Source of the DNA: Candidatus Bathyarchaeota archaeon
GTDB taxonomy: Archaea; Thermoproteota; Bathyarchaeia; TCS64
Direction: 5' to 3'
Assembly: GCA_963771885.1 (NCBI GenBank)
Contig: CAVYVF010000023.1
Span: 544,001 to 608,000 of the forward strand
Length of the DNA stretch: 64,000 bases
The notes beneath the pieces were generated by a model, which was not told where the DNA came from, made no database searches, and saw only the letters and a list, made by a program, of their open reading frames with translations. Made by a program: the position numbers and the translations under genes. Numbering within the stretch: the stretch's first letter is position 1; every line of letters starts with the position of its first letter. Below, one piece after another: positions 39,654-49,994 of the stretch.

Positions 39654-39685
39654 AGCCCCTAGGAACGGGGCTAGCCTATTTTTAA
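39654..39685 (+). terminator. Hairpin plus T-run after the thermosome operon
   Basis: AGCCCC-N7-GGGGCT followed by TATTTTT. Confidence 0.4.
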
Positions 39686-39714
39686 ATACGATGCGTTCGT
39701 AGTCGAGTCCATGA

Positions 39715-39834
39715 ATGAGACCCTACTTACCGCTTTTCTCGATTGTCGGTCTGGTCACTGTGATAACTACATTTATGACGCCGTACATGATTAAGGCGGG
39801 TCAGAGCATCACGATTGCAGGTGATAAGGCTTAG
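39715..39834 (+). pseudogene. 39-codon ORF resembling the last TM helix of a CPA2 cation:proton antiporter (remnant or small membrane peptide)
   Basis: MRPYLPLFSIVGLVTVITTFMTPYMIKAG; VITTF.TPY.IK recalls CPA2 C-termini. Confidence 0.4.
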
Positions 39835-39849
39835 ACCACCTGCGCGGCT

Positions 39850-40248
39850 TTACATCATTGTGCTGGCGAGCCGTTGCGCTACTATCTTACCGACAAGAAT
39901 GCCAGTGATGACGAGCCCGTTTGTCGCGAGCAAGTACGATGCGAATCGAAATGTGTTCCCCTGCTCAAGCAATCTGAATGATTCGTAGCCGAAAGTGCTC
40001 ATAGTCGTATAGGCGCCTAGGACGCCGACCGTGAGCATGGTTCTAGCCTCCAGCGGGACACCTGCGCTGTACTCGGAGAGGTACATTATGGTCCCAAGGA
40101 TGAGTGTGCCCGTAAAGTTGACTGCGAGCGTGCCAGTAGGAAAACCATCCGGGCTGCTGCCTACCCAGCCGCCGACGATATAGCGGAGGACGGCGCCAAT
40201 CATCCCGCCGAGGGCAATTAGTATGAGCGTATTTACGTTGATCGTCAA
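39850..40248 (-). CDS. crcB: Fluoride channel FluC/CrcB
   Basis: GGMIGAVLRY, FPTGTLAVN, GVLGAYTTMSTFGYE. Confidence 0.92.
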   Translation of the reverse strand: MTINVNTLILIALGGMIGAVLRYIVGGWVGSSPDGFPTGTLAVNFTGTLILGTIMYLSEYSAGVPLEARTMLTVGVLGAYTTMSTFGYESFRLLEQGNTFRFASYLLATNGLVITGILVGKIVAQRLASTMM

Positions 40249-40311
40249 ACTAACTCACACTTGAAATGTAATGCAGACCCTAGCTGCATCGCGGGTTTTA
40301 AGGGTTGATAG

Positions 40312-41325
40312 TCAGCCAACAACCTGCTTTATGAGGCGAAGGTGGTTGCCGCCGAGGATTAATCGAATATAGTCCTCCGAATACTCGCGTCTGACGAGTT
40401 CCTCGGTGATGGCGGGCATCTTCGTGACGTCTTCGAGTCCCATGGGTGTAGAGGGGATGCCGTCGAAGTCGCTCCCCAGCCCAACATGCTCGGGACCGAC
40501 GAGGTCGACTATGTGATCAATGTGGTCCGCGAGGGTCGAGACACTCGGCTTCGTCTTATGGACGAAGTCGGGGGCGAAGTTCATCCCCATGACGCCGCCT
40601 TTCTCAGCGAGCACTTTAATCATTTCGTCTGTCATGTTTCGGGCGTGGGCGCAGACAGCGCGGGCGTTGCTGTGGGTCGCTACGACGGGGTCCTTCGAGA
40701 TCTCCATTACGTCCCAGAAGCCCGCGTCGCTCAAGTGGCTTACATCCACGATCATGCCGAGCCTATTCAGCTCCTCGACAGCCTCGACGCCAATGTTGCT
40801 GAGACCGCCCTTTGTGCGGTTATCGGCGACGCCGTCGGCGAGCAGGTTGCGAAGGCTATGGACGAGGCCGACTATCCTGACACCAAGGCGGTGGTAGACG
40901 CGAAGCATGCTGATGCGCCCCTCGATAACGTCGGATCCCTCGATGCTGAGCATCGCGGCTATCTTCCCTTCCTCGTTCGCCTGAATTATCTCAGCATGGC
41001 TAGTGACGGGGGCAACTAACTTCGGATACTTCTCGCACTCCGTGTAGAATGCCTCTATCATCTCCATCGCGGTGCGGAGGGAGTAGGCCGGTGTGGGGTC
41101 GCGCTCGCCGCTTATGGCGAAGACCTGCAGGTCAACTCCCCCCTCTCTCAGTCGGGGGAGGTCGATGTGGCCAAGCTCGGAGCGCCTGCCGAACCCTACC
41201 TTACTCCTGTCCTGCCACATGCTATCGCGAGGGCGCGTGAACTGTGGGAGTAGACACTTCAACGTGTCGCAGTGGGTGTCGACGACTAGTGCCTGCCTGT
41301 GAAGCCTGAGGGGGTAATCATCCAA
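40312..41325 (-). CDS. Membrane dipeptidase (M19, renal dipeptidase family)
   Basis: VDTHCDT, HIDLPRL, SIEG, VDVSHLS, ATHSN, GLGSDFDG, LGGN. Confidence 0.92.
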   Translation of the reverse strand: MDDYPLRLHRQALVVDTHCDTLKCLLPQFTRPRDSMWQDRSKVGFGRRSELGHIDLPRLREGGVDLQVFAISGERDPTPAYSLRTAMEMIEAFYTECEKYPKLVAPVTSHAEIIQANEEGKIAAMLSIEGSDVIEGRISMLRVYHRLGVRIVGLVHSLRNLLADGVADNRTKGGLSNIGVEAVEELNRLGMIVDVSHLSDAGFWDVMEISKDPVVATHSNARAVCAHARNMTDEMIKVLAEKGGVMGMNFAPDFVHKTKPSVSTLADHIDHIVDLVGPEHVGLGSDFDGIPSTPMGLEDVTKMPAITEELVRREYSEDYIRLILGGNHLRLIKQVVG

Positions 41326-41367
41326 GCCGGATCAATAGAACCCGGTTCCCCGCGTTTAAAAGGTGGG

Positions 41368-41721
41368 TTAGATGACGAAGTGGTTGCTCTGCTGCCCGAG
41401 CTCGTCCTGCTCGCGCTGCTTAGCGACGCCTTTCTTCATGCCCTCATCCGTGATCTCTATGTCGTACTCGATGAACTTTTCAACCATGCCGAGGATTGTC
41501 TGGCTCATCTCCTCAAGCTCCTCCTTCGTGAAGTTGCTCATCACCTCGGGGCTGTTGACCCATTGCATCCACCCCGCGAGGCTCTGGCCGAGCGCCATGA
41601 AGCCGAAGCGCATCGCCCTGACCCTGTCGAGGCGGTCCTGATCCTTTTTCTCCCTGAGCTTCCGCAGCTCCTCCAGGGTCTTCTCACTGCGCTCGACCCA
41701 GTTGACGTTGAGGGCTTCCAT
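41368..41721 (-). CDS. DUF2153-like archaeal helical protein
   Basis: DRL...GWMQWV...F..EEL...FIEYDIE.T pattern. Confidence 0.75.
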   Translation of the reverse strand: MEALNVNWVERSEKTLEELRKLREKKDQDRLDRVRAMRFGFMALGQSLAGWMQWVNSPEVMSNFTKEELEEMSQTILGMVEKFIEYDIEITDEGMKKGVAKQREQDELGQQSNHFVI

Positions 41722-41813
41722 TTCGTAGAAGCCTCTTCGCTCGCCCCTAAAAACGTCTCCGGTCAGCCCTCCGGGTAGGGTTTAAATCGGTCATGCCTCG
41801 GGTATTTGGTGGG

Positions 41814-41900
41814 GCCGGGGTCTCCTAGCTCGGTAGGGAGCCAGCCTGGAAAGCTGGTGTCCTTATGGACTCGAGGGTTCAAATCCCTCTCCCGGCGCCA
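41814..41900 (+). tRNA. tRNA-Ser (anticodon GGA), encoded CCA, no intron
   Basis: Acceptor GCCGGGG/TCCCGGC, discriminator G, CCA; anticodon arm CCAGC-CTGGAAA-GCTGG; long variable arm GTCC-TTAT-GGAC; T arm GAGGG-TTCAAAT-CCCTC; TTTAAA at 41781. Confidence 0.96.
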
Positions 41901-42056
41901 AATCATCTAAACTCCTGCTGCGTCGAGAAAATATATACACACTCGGAAAAATTTGAGGCGATTGATGCCATGGTATGAGTATGGCATCGTCGATTATTAG
42001 TTCTAGCTATTTTTCTCGATGTTAAGAAGAATGAATTTCCCCACGATGTGTATCTG

Positions 42057-42762
42057 TTAGCTCTCTTCTGGATTCCATGGGACTATCTTGATTGATGGGT
42101 CGTGTAGCTTATTGAGAATAGACGCATTGAGTAGTAAGGGTGTCAGTGACTCTATCCACTTCGAATTCTCCAACGGCCCGACTTTTAGAGGCCTTAGGCC
42201 GGGTATTTCCTTGATGAGCGCCATCACCTTCTCGACTGAGGCGTTGTCGTCGCCCGCAACGAGCACGTCGAGGTCGAGGACGCCGCCTATGTCGTTAAGG
42301 TACTGGGCGGGTATTGTCTGAAAGGCGGAGACCACCTTTACGGGCGATGCGGCGTCCTGTATCAGTTCGGCGGCCGATTGCGATTCTTCGCATGATGCGA
42401 CTACCACAGGGTGACCAGATGAAGAGCTTTCCCTTCTTCTTCATGGGGACGACGCAGGAGACAATTATCTGTTCTGGGGTTAGCCTATCCTGTAACGTGT
42501 AGAGCGAGGATACCGCGGCGGACGCGGGGAGCGTCTCCAGAATGATCTCTCTGCCCTCAACAGCGTCCTCGTTCAGGGTGCCCGTGATGCTGCCGTTCAT
42601 CTTCGGACCGTAAAAGTTCCTCGCCTTCGCTGTCAATGCAGCGGCTGCTTCGACCGCCTTCTCGACGCTCCTGGAGCCTATTGTCACCTCGTGATTAATT
42701 GAGAGGCGGAGAGCGAGCCCTCTACCCATGTTACCCGTGCCGCCGAGAATGCCAATCCTCAT
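42057..42762 (-). CDS. npdG: F420H2:NADP+ oxidoreductase; frameshift near 42400
   Basis: IGILGGTGNMGRGLA, IGSRS, VVP; continues with SAAE, VVSAFQTI, DVLVAGD, GPLENS...ESLTPLL. Confidence 0.87.
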
Positions 42763-42853
42763 CTTGTATCCCTTTTATTCGTCGCGCACCGGCGAATATC
42801 AATCAGACTCGCGCCGCGACTCTTAATAGGAGATATGGGGGTTTTTTAGAACT

Positions 42854-43018
42854 ATGGCGAACATAGGGCGCCTCCTCTCGGAGGGCATCATAGTACTCCT
42901 CGTGATGGCGCTTGAGTACTTCACGTTACTTCCCGTCTTCGGCTCACTCTTTGGCTGGGGACTCCTCGGCGTAACCGGGATCATCCTCGGCTTCGTCGTG
43001 CTGAGAAACATCCTCTGA
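42854..43018 (+). CDS. Small two-TM membrane protein (54 aa; may start at ATG 42835 if an indel is corrected)
   Basis: MANIGRLLSEGIIVLLVMALEYFTLLPVFGSLFGWGLLGVTGIILGFVVLRNIL*; GGAGA RBS-like upstream. Confidence 0.6.
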   Translation: MANIGRLLSEGIIVLLVMALEYFTLLPVFGSLFGWGLLGVTGIILGFVVLRNIL

Positions 43019-43189
43019 GCAACCCACGTTTTTGAGCTAGCATCGCGACGATCCTCCTATTCGGCGCGTCAACTGAGCTTCATGTGAGTTGTTTTGGGGG
43101 AGATATGGTGCTTTCATGTAAATGGTTACCTCTAGTAGTGCAGCCGGGATTAATTTGAGGTGACGCTTGTTAAACCCTATGACGTTTTC

Positions 43190-44269
43190 CTACTTCATTA
43201 CGCGGCGCATGAAGCGCCCTATACGCTCAAGTCCATCGGCGAGGGTATCCCCCTTGGTGCCTATGTTTATCCTTAGATGCCTCTCGACGCCGAACTGCTC
43301 GCCGGGACTGATCATTACACCCTCCTCCTTGAGTAACCTCTCCGCAAATTTGCCAGAACCTAGGCGGTTCTTATAGCGGGGGAAGACGGTGAAGCCGGCC
43401 GGCGGGCTGGAGCACTTCACGAGGTCGGGGTTGTCGGCGCACCACTTGTCCCATGTTGAGATGTTAGTCTGCCTGATCGTTTGGTTGCGCCTGAGGTACC
43501 GCGCCTTATTCGTGAGGAGCTTCTCGGCGATCTGCTCACCGATGCCGCAGTGGCTGATAGTCGTGTAGTCCTTCATCACCCAACAGCGCTCAATGATCTC
43601 TCTGTCAGCTACTATCCAGCCTATGCGTGGGCTTGTTGCGCCGAGCTTACTTATGCTTCCCGTGATTATGCCCTTCTCGTAGAACTCTGGCGTCGCCGCG
43701 GGATTTCCATCCGACTCGGAGCCCCGGAGGGCGTTGTCGCAGTGGACATATGCGCTTACCCGCTCCGCCATCTCACAGAGCGTCTGCATCTCCTCATGAG
43801 TCATGACTGCACCCGTCGGGTTGTTTGGGTTGTCGAGGGAGATCATCTTTGTGTGCCTGTTGATCTTCTCCTTGAGATCCTTGAAGTCGGGTTCCCATCC
43901 CTTCTCCTCGACTAGGTGGAATGGCTTCACCTTGACGCCGAGCATGCGCGCGAGGCCTGTGGTCTGCTCATATTTTGGCTCCTCGGCGAAGTACTCGTCG
44001 CCCTGTTCGAGTAGGGAGAGATTAACGAGAAGGTTCGCCTCGCTGGTGCCGGAGGTGATGAGGACGTTCTCGGGTTCAACCCTGTACCAGTCTGCGACAA
44101 GAGCTCTCAGCGCATCGGAGCCATGCGTAGCCCCGTACTTCATGGCGGTGTCCTGTGGGAGTTGTGGCATGACCTCCCTTAGCTGAAGCTTCGCGACGCC
44201 TCCGCCCGCAAGGTTGATCTCGCACTTCTCCTGAAGCCAGCGCTCGAGCCTGAAAGGGTCGATCTTCAC
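43190..44269 (-). CDS. PLP-dependent aminotransferase class I/II
   Basis: TSGTSEAN, NPNNPTG, GSISK, RIGW. Confidence 0.9.
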   Translation of the reverse strand: MKIDPFRLERWLQEKCEINLAGGGVAKLQLREVMPQLPQDTAMKYGATHGSDALRALVADWYRVEPENVLITSGTSEANLLVNLSLLEQGDEYFAEEPKYEQTTGLARMLGVKVKPFHLVEEKGWEPDFKDLKEKINRHTKMISLDNPNNPTGAVMTHEEMQTLCEMAERVSAYVHCDNALRGSESDGNPAATPEFYEKGIITGSISKLGATSPRIGWIVADREIIERCWVMKDYTTISHCGIGEQIAEKLLTNKARYLRRNQTIRQTNISTWDKWCADNPDLVKCSSPPAGFTVFPRYKNRLGSGKFAERLLKEEGVMISPGEQFGVERHLRINIGTKGDTLADGLERIGRFMRRVMK

Positions 44270-44336
44270 ACACCGGACCCCCTTACATCTGATGTGAGGG
44301 GTTTTGCTTAAAACATAAATGGAGAAAAAGTAATGG

Positions 44337-44759
44337 TTACTTCCTCTTTGTGAGACTGAGGTACTTGACAGCTAGCTCCTCGCTCATGCTCTTCAGGTTA
44401 TAGCCGACATCGTCCGTTGTGATTATACCGGCAACATGGTCGAGGTCGTCGACGACGACGAGGCGCCTAATCTTATATTCATTCATGGTCTCGACGGCAT
44501 CCTCTACCTCACTGTGGTGGGAGACGGCGATGACGGGTTTCGTGCAAATATCCGCCGCCATGAGCTTCTTCGGGTCCTTGCCGGGAGCCATCACCCTGTG
44601 CACGAGGTCTCGCTCGGTGACGATGCCTATGGGTTTGCCGTTTGTTACGAGGATTACGCTGCTTATCCCCTTCTCGCGCATTATATGTGCGACCTCGTCG
44701 ACACTTGCCGAGGGGGAAAGGACAATGGGTGTTTTCGTCATTATGTCGGAGACCCTCAT
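44337..44759 (-). CDS. CBS-domain pair protein
   Basis: VSDIMT, GIVTERD, IRRLVVVD, GIITTDD. Confidence 0.92.
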   Translation of the reverse strand: MRVSDIMTKTPIVLSPSASVDEVAHIMREKGISSVILVTNGKPIGIVTERDLVHRVMAPGKDPKKLMAADICTKPVIAVSHHSEVEDAVETMNEYKIRRLVVVDDLDHVAGIITTDDVGYNLKSMSEELAVKYLSLTKRK

Positions 44760-44804
44760 GAGAATCGAGTAAATGTTGGGCGGGGAGGTAGTAAAGACTG
44801 CCGA

Positions 44805-45486
44805 TCAGGCTTTTTCTATCTTCATAGGCGGCCCTCTGTCGACCTTGAGGGCGAAGGGGAACCTGTCGAGGCTCATTGCGGCATGGAAGTCGCCCTCGCG
44901 GAATGTGGTCTGGCTCCTGTCGAAGAACTTGGCGCCTTGGGGGTCCTCCCTGATGCGGCGAGCCATATCCGAAAAGTCGGGGCATTCCCCACGGAGGCGT
45001 GCCTCGAAGGTAGTCGGCGCAGAGTTCGTCCTCGATAGCCTCGTAATCCCCCTCCCAACCCATGGCGACGATAGAGACGACGTCAGGGTTCCTCCGTTTG
45101 ATGTACTTGACAGTTGCCTCAGCTAGGACGAAGCTGCCGAGTATTATCTCGTCGGCGCCTGAGGCGGCGAGTATGCCTTGCACACCGCTGCTGGTGCGCT
45201 GGATAACCGTCTTGCCCTTAAAGTCGACGTTGCTCACCTCATCGGGGCTGTTTCCGTAGTCGAAACCTGGGACCTTGTGGCCATGGACCTCGCCCATGAT
45301 GAGCCAGTCGGGGTGATTGCGGCGGAGCGTGAGGGCTTCCTCGACGCCTCCAACGGGGAGGATGGTTTCCGCGCCGTTCGCCACGACGAAGGCGGCGGTC
45401 GTGAATGCGCGAAAGACATCTATGATGACCGCTGTGCCTGCCGCCCTGCGCGCGCCATCGAGGAGGCTGAGCCGCCTTATCTCCAT
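44805..45486 (-). CDS. comB: 2-phosphosulfolactate phosphatase family; frameshift near 44995
   Basis: VIIDVFRAFTT, GE..G...GFDYGNSP, TSSG, EDELCA; shifted frame ends FPFALKVDRGPPMKIEKA*. Confidence 0.85.
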
Positions 45487-45489
45487 TGG

Positions 45490-46731
45490 CTAGATGCCCC
45501 TGTTTATCTCTACTGTGCCCGCCTTCATGACGAGGCGTATCCTCGCCTTGTCCTGTAGTATCTTGATGTCGGTCGTCGGGTCGCCCTCGACGATTATTAG
45601 GTCAGCCCACTTGCCCTTCTCCAGCGTGCCGGTTTTTTCTGCAAGGTAGCATGCCTCGGCGCCGACCTTTGTGGCGCAGGTGATCGCCTCGATTGGCTTG
45701 AGGCCGGCGTTTACCATGAGCTCCAGCTCCTTGGCATTCTCGCCGTGGCGGTTGAACGGAGTGCCCGCGTCCGTGCCCGCAGCGACCTTCACTCCAGCCC
45801 TGTGGCTGAGCATGAGGCTCTTGGGCGGGTACTCAGCTATCTCAGTAGCCTTGGCGACGGCCCAGTCGGGTATCCCCGCCGCAGTGCCCTTCATGACTAT
45901 GTTCCACGAGGCGGTGAGGGTCGGCACCTGTATCACGTCGTGTTCCAGCATTGCCTTCACGGTCTCTTTGGTCTGTATGCTGCCATGCTCGATGCTCTTG
46001 ACGCCGCCCTCTATCGCGTTCATTATGCCCTTGGGACCATGGGCGTGGCTGGCTACGCACTTGCCGACATGGTGTGCCTCGTCACAGACCGCCTCGATCT
46101 CCTCAAGGGTGTACTGTGGCGTATCGACGGGGTCAGTCGGGCTCATCACGCCGCCCGTCGTCGTTATCTTGATAAAATCAGCGCCTTCGCGCAGGTTGAT
46201 CCTCGCAGACCTGCGGGTCTCGATGGGGCCGTCGCTTATCAGGCTCATCTCGTGATAGCAGATGCCGCTCGGAAGGTAGAAATCGGCGTGGCCGCCCGTC
46301 ATGCTTATGATCCTGCCAGGGGCAACGATGCGTGGCCCCCTGGCGATGCCGATCTCTATCGCCTTCTTGAGGGCGAGGGCGTAGCCGTTCGGTGCACCCA
46401 TGTCGCGTATCGTCGTGTAGCCTGCGTCGAGTGTTCGGGCGGCGTTGTAGGCGCCGTAGAGCTGAACTAGGCCGGGTTGGAAGCCCATGATTGCCATGAC
46501 GTTCGGGTCACCGTTGCTACAGACATGGACATGAGCGTCGATGAGGCCGGGCATCACAGTCTTGCCAGCGGCGTCGATGACCTCTGCACCCCTAGGGGCA
46601 TCGAGGGTCTTCCCGACCTCCTCGATTACGTTACCCTTGATGATGATTGATGCGTCCTTGACGGGCCTCTTGCCAGTCCCGTCTATGATTGTGGCGTTCC
46701 TTACCACTTTCACCTGCGCGTTCTGAGCCAT
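45490..46731 (-). CDS. Metal-dependent amidohydrolase (Xaa-Pro dipeptidase-like)
   Basis: PGLIDAHVH, GYTTIRDMG, TGGHAD, GADFIK, SHAHG, SIEHG, AGTDAG. Confidence 0.92.
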   Translation of the reverse strand: MAQNAQVKVVRNATIIDGTGKRPVKDASIIIKGNVIEEVGKTLDAPRGAEVIDAAGKTVMPGLIDAHVHVCSNGDPNVMAIMGFQPGLVQLYGAYNAARTLDAGYTTIRDMGAPNGYALALKKAIEIGIARGPRIVAPGRIISMTGGHADFYLPSGICYHEMSLISDGPIETRRSARINLREGADFIKITTTGGVMSPTDPVDTPQYTLEEIEAVCDEAHHVGKCVASHAHGPKGIMNAIEGGVKSIEHGSIQTKETVKAMLEHDVIQVPTLTASWNIVMKGTAAGIPDWAVAKATEIAEYPPKSLMLSHRAGVKVAAGTDAGTPFNRHGENAKELELMVNAGLKPIEAITCATKVGAEACYLAEKTGTLEKGKWADLIIVEGDPTTDIKILQDKARIRLVMKAGTVEINRGI

Positions 46732-46777
46732 ATGGTAGAAAACGGTGGTTGGTGGTTAATGGCTTTCCGGCTCTGGT

Positions 46778-46993
46778 TTACTGGAGGCGGTTTATCTCCT
46801 TACGGAAGTCGACGTCTCCGCCCTTACCGACTTTAGCTAGGAGGTCCTGGACCGTGGAATACGCCTCGTCGACTGTGCCGCTGTGCTCCTTCTGCGTCTT
46901 CAGCATGTGCCACGCCCATTCTAGGGCCTCGAATGCGCCCATCTGGTAACTCGCAGCGGTCTCCAAACCCTTCACCGCTGCTCCACACCTCAT
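46778..46993 (-). CDS. Hypothetical small protein
   Basis: Codirectional 71-aa ORF with amphipathic helices filling the gap. Confidence 0.55.
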   Translation of the reverse strand: MRCGAAVKGLETAASYQMGAFEALEWAWHMLKTQKEHSGTVDEAYSTVQDLLAKVGKGGDVDFRKEINRLQ

Positions 46994-46998
46994 CTGCG

Positions 46999-47343
46999 TT
47001 AAAAGGAGTTGCGCACCCCCTCGAAGGGGGGACGCGGGTGAAACTGAGCTACTTGATCGGGAATGTCGAGTTTCTGGAAGAGCTCGGCGCTGATCTTGGA
47101 CTCCCAGATGGGGACGACCTCGACACTCGCCACCCGGCTATACTCGGTCACGTAGTGCATTAGCTCCTCCTCCTTGTCGGTCTCAAATATCGTGAAGCCC
47201 GAGTAGCCCTTCGCGGTGTTCGCCATAGTGTGCGGCGGGAGAATGGTCTTGACGACGTGCCCCGCCTTCGTCCTCCTGTGCCATATCTCAATCATGTCTT
47301 CCAGGTCCTCCGCGGCGCACTCAAGGAATGCAATATACTTCAA
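46999..47343 (-). CDS. Hypothetical protein (DUF3303-like ferredoxin-type fold)
   Basis: TTG start after GGTGA; MKYIAF...GFTIFETD.EEEL...Y...VEVVPI. Confidence 0.6.
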   Translation of the reverse strand: MKYIAFLECAAEDLEDMIEIWHRRTKAGHVVKTILPPHTMANTAKGYSGFTIFETDKEEELMHYVTEYSRVASVEVVPIWESKISAELFQKLDIPDQVAQFHPRPPFEGVRNSF

Positions 47344-47450
47344 ACAGGTCACCGTGGCTTCGATAGGATCAGTGGAAGATAAACGTGACCCGACCCGCGT
47401 GGCAACTCCTAAATTCCCCTTCAATGCACCTGATAGTTGCGTGACTGCAT

Positions 47451-48764
47451 TTGCTTGACATCAAGCTGATCAGGGAGAACCCTGAGTTGGTGCGCGCCAA
47501 CCTGGAGAGGAGGCAGCAGCCCGAGAAGGTCGCCCTCCTCCATCAGGTAATTGACGCCGATATGCGCTGGCGCGAACTCACCGGATTGGTGAACAAACTA
47601 CGAAAGAGGCGCAACGAGGTAAGCGCCGAGATAGCCCAAGTGATGAAGGCTGGAGGCGACGCCTCGTCACTCAGAAAGGAAGTGGGCAACATCCCCGAGC
47701 AGATAAAAACGCTCGAGTCCGAGCTCGAAGAGAAACAGGTCTTTGTGCGCAACAGCCTCATGAGGCTACCAAACCTCCTACACGAGTCGGTGCCTTATGG
47801 CAGGGACGAGCACGATAACGTGGTCGTCAAGGTCTGGGGTGAGCCGCCCAAGTTCGGGTTCTCGCCGAGCAGTCACGCTGAGCTTTCCCAGAACCTAGGC
47901 ATCGCCGACTTCGAGAGGGGCGCCAAGGTGACCGGCTCCGGCTTTTACTACCTGCGCAACGAGATGGTACTCCTCGACTATTCGATAATGCGGTACGCAA
48001 TGGATCTGCTCATTAGCAGGGGGTACAGCATCATCGAACCGCCTTACATGATCAGAAAGAGCTTCTACGAGGGCGTCACCGACTTGAGCGACTTCGAGAA
48101 CGTCATGTACAGGATTGACGACTCGGAGAACGTTAAGGACCCCCTCTACCTCATCGCAACAAGCGAGCACCCGATGGGCGCAATGCTAAAGGACGAGGTG
48201 GTTAACGCCGACCAGCTGCCCATTAAGATGTGCGGAGTATCCCCGTGCTTCCGCCGCGAGGTCGGCAGCCACGGCAAGTACACAAAGGGTATATTCCGTG
48301 TCCACCAATTCAACAAGATAGAACAGTTCATCTTTTGCCTTCCCGAGCAGAGCTGGGCTCTCCACGAGGAGCTACAGCGCAACTGCGAGGCCCTCTACGA
48401 GGGACTCGGCATCCACTACCGTGTCGTCAACGTCTGTACTGGTGACATAGGTAGCATCGCTGCGAAGAAGTACGACACGGAGGCGTGGATGGCGGATGGC
48501 GAATACCGCGAGGTCGGCAGTAATAGCAACTGCACAGACTACCAGGCGAGGAGGCTGAATGCCCGCTATAGGATGAAGGAGGGGCAAGCCCCCGTCGGCT
48601 TCCTGCACACCCTCAACAACACGGCAATCGCAACGAGCCGCACCATGATAATGGTGATGGAGCAGTACCAACAGGAGGATGGCACGATCAAGGTACCGAA
48701 GGCGCTCCAGAAGTACATGGGCATGGAAGTCATCGAGGGTAAGCTAAATAAGATGAGTATCTAG
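47451..48764 (+). CDS. serS: Serine--tRNA ligase (bacterial/type 1)
   Basis: MLDIKLIREN, LIATSEH, CFRREVGSHG, FRVHQFNKIEQF, SNCTDYQARRL, HTLNNTA. Confidence 0.97.
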   Translation: MLDIKLIRENPELVRANLERRQQPEKVALLHQVIDADMRWRELTGLVNKLRKRRNEVSAEIAQVMKAGGDASSLRKEVGNIPEQIKTLESELEEKQVFVRNSLMRLPNLLHESVPYGRDEHDNVVVKVWGEPPKFGFSPSSHAELSQNLGIADFERGAKVTGSGFYYLRNEMVLLDYSIMRYAMDLLISRGYSIIEPPYMIRKSFYEGVTDLSDFENVMYRIDDSENVKDPLYLIATSEHPMGAMLKDEVVNADQLPIKMCGVSPCFRREVGSHGKYTKGIFRVHQFNKIEQFIFCLPEQSWALHEELQRNCEALYEGLGIHYRVVNVCTGDIGSIAAKKYDTEAWMADGEYREVGSNSNCTDYQARRLNARYRMKEGQAPVGFLHTLNNTAIATSRTMIMVMEQYQQEDGTIKVPKALQKYMGMEVIEGKLNKMSI

Positions 48765-48779
48765 AAGCCATTTCAGCCT

Positions 48780-49793
48780 CTAGTCGTTTCTCTCGAAACT
48801 TTTAAGGACCTTACATATGGCTAGGCTCACCCAGAGCCTTCCCTCAGCAGCGCTTTCCGTTTCGTACTTCTTTGCTCCTTTCTTGTAGTTGTTCTCCCAT
48901 AGCCCGTCCGGAGACTGGTGCTCGATGAGCCATTCGAGCCCCTCGCATACTTTGCTATGGTAGGAGGTAAAGCCGATTCTATGGAGGGAGTCGAGGGCCA
49001 TGATGAGATTGTTCCACCACCAGGGGTAGAGGAACCTGACCCAGTAGTCTGCCGCCTCGTATGACTTATAGGAGTCGGGTTGGAAGAAGCGGGATGCGAG
49101 GAACTCTCCTGCCCTCTTTGCCTCGGGTGTGTTAGCGAATCGTGAATTGGCTAACCCGCGGAGTGCCATACCTGTAACGTTGTGGCTCGAGACATGGTTC
49201 GGGTCGAACGGCACAGGCTCGGCGTGGTGACAGGAGATGTAGACCTCATCCGTCCAGCTCATCTTCTCGCCAAGGGGTGGGTAGAGCCATCCACCGTCCC
49301 CCTGCCTGTGGGCGAGGAGCCACTCGACCGCTTTCTCAACGCGGGGGTCGCCGCCGTAACCCGCCTTAGCTAGCAGCTCCACATAAAGCCCCGTGTAGTG
49401 GGGGGCGAACTGGTCGACGTAGAAGCCCCTTATGTCCCCCTCAAGGGTCTGGCAGTCAAAGACGAACTCCGCCGCGGCGGTGATCTGGGGATGCGACCTA
49501 TCCATCTCATATTTACCGATCAGCTCCCTGAGGCGCCTGAATGTCTCAATGAGGGGATAGTTGACGTCCGGGTACTTCTCTGAGTAGCTCCGCGGGACCG
49601 TCCAGGAGCCGTCATCCCGCTGGTGTTGGAGCAGCTTCTTTGGCTCAGGCAACCCCCAGAGAGTCTGGATGGGCTCCATCTTCTCGGCGAGTAGATCACG
49701 CTTGGAGTGGTATCTGATGGCGGGGTACGCGCAGTTGACCAGTGGCGTAACGGGGTCATGCCTCAGCCTCTCCCTCCACATATTCATCCGCAT
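48780..49793 (-). CDS. Prenyltransferase/squalene-cyclase-repeat (alpha-alpha barrel) protein
   Basis: QW-type repeats HQRDDGSW, RQGDGGW, HQSPDGLW. Confidence 0.7.
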   Translation of the reverse strand: MRMNMWRERLRHDPVTPLVNCAYPAIRYHSKRDLLAEKMEPIQTLWGLPEPKKLLQHQRDDGSWTVPRSYSEKYPDVNYPLIETFRRLRELIGKYEMDRSHPQITAAAEFVFDCQTLEGDIRGFYVDQFAPHYTGLYVELLAKAGYGGDPRVEKAVEWLLAHRQGDGGWLYPPLGEKMSWTDEVYISCHHAEPVPFDPNHVSSHNVTGMALRGLANSRFANTPEAKRAGEFLASRFFQPDSYKSYEAADYWVRFLYPWWWNNLIMALDSLHRIGFTSYHSKVCEGLEWLIEHQSPDGLWENNYKKGAKKYETESAAEGRLWVSLAICKVLKSFERND

Positions 49794-49994
49794 CGCCTAC
49801 AGCCCAGATGTTCTAAGAGCGTTTGAAGTTTGGGAGTTGACGGATTGTTCGTCACCGAGTCGATTCGAGCGGCGTAGCGCGCGGGGTCATCGTCTTCCCT
49901 GCCTCGTTAGGCCTGAGGAATCCGTAGATCTGCCCCTGCTTCACGACGTATTTGACATGGTCCACGGCAGTTGATCTATGTTCGAAAAACGGGA

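Noticed and set aside
40249..40311. Fluoride riboswitch upstream of crcB
   Set aside because: Only a short ATGCAG/CTGCAT hairpin; the GGCGAUGG...CGCC and UGAUGAC consensus elements are not present
44805..45486. Coenzyme M biosynthesis inferred from comB
   Set aside because: Stand-alone ComB homologs are common; no comA/C/DE nearby
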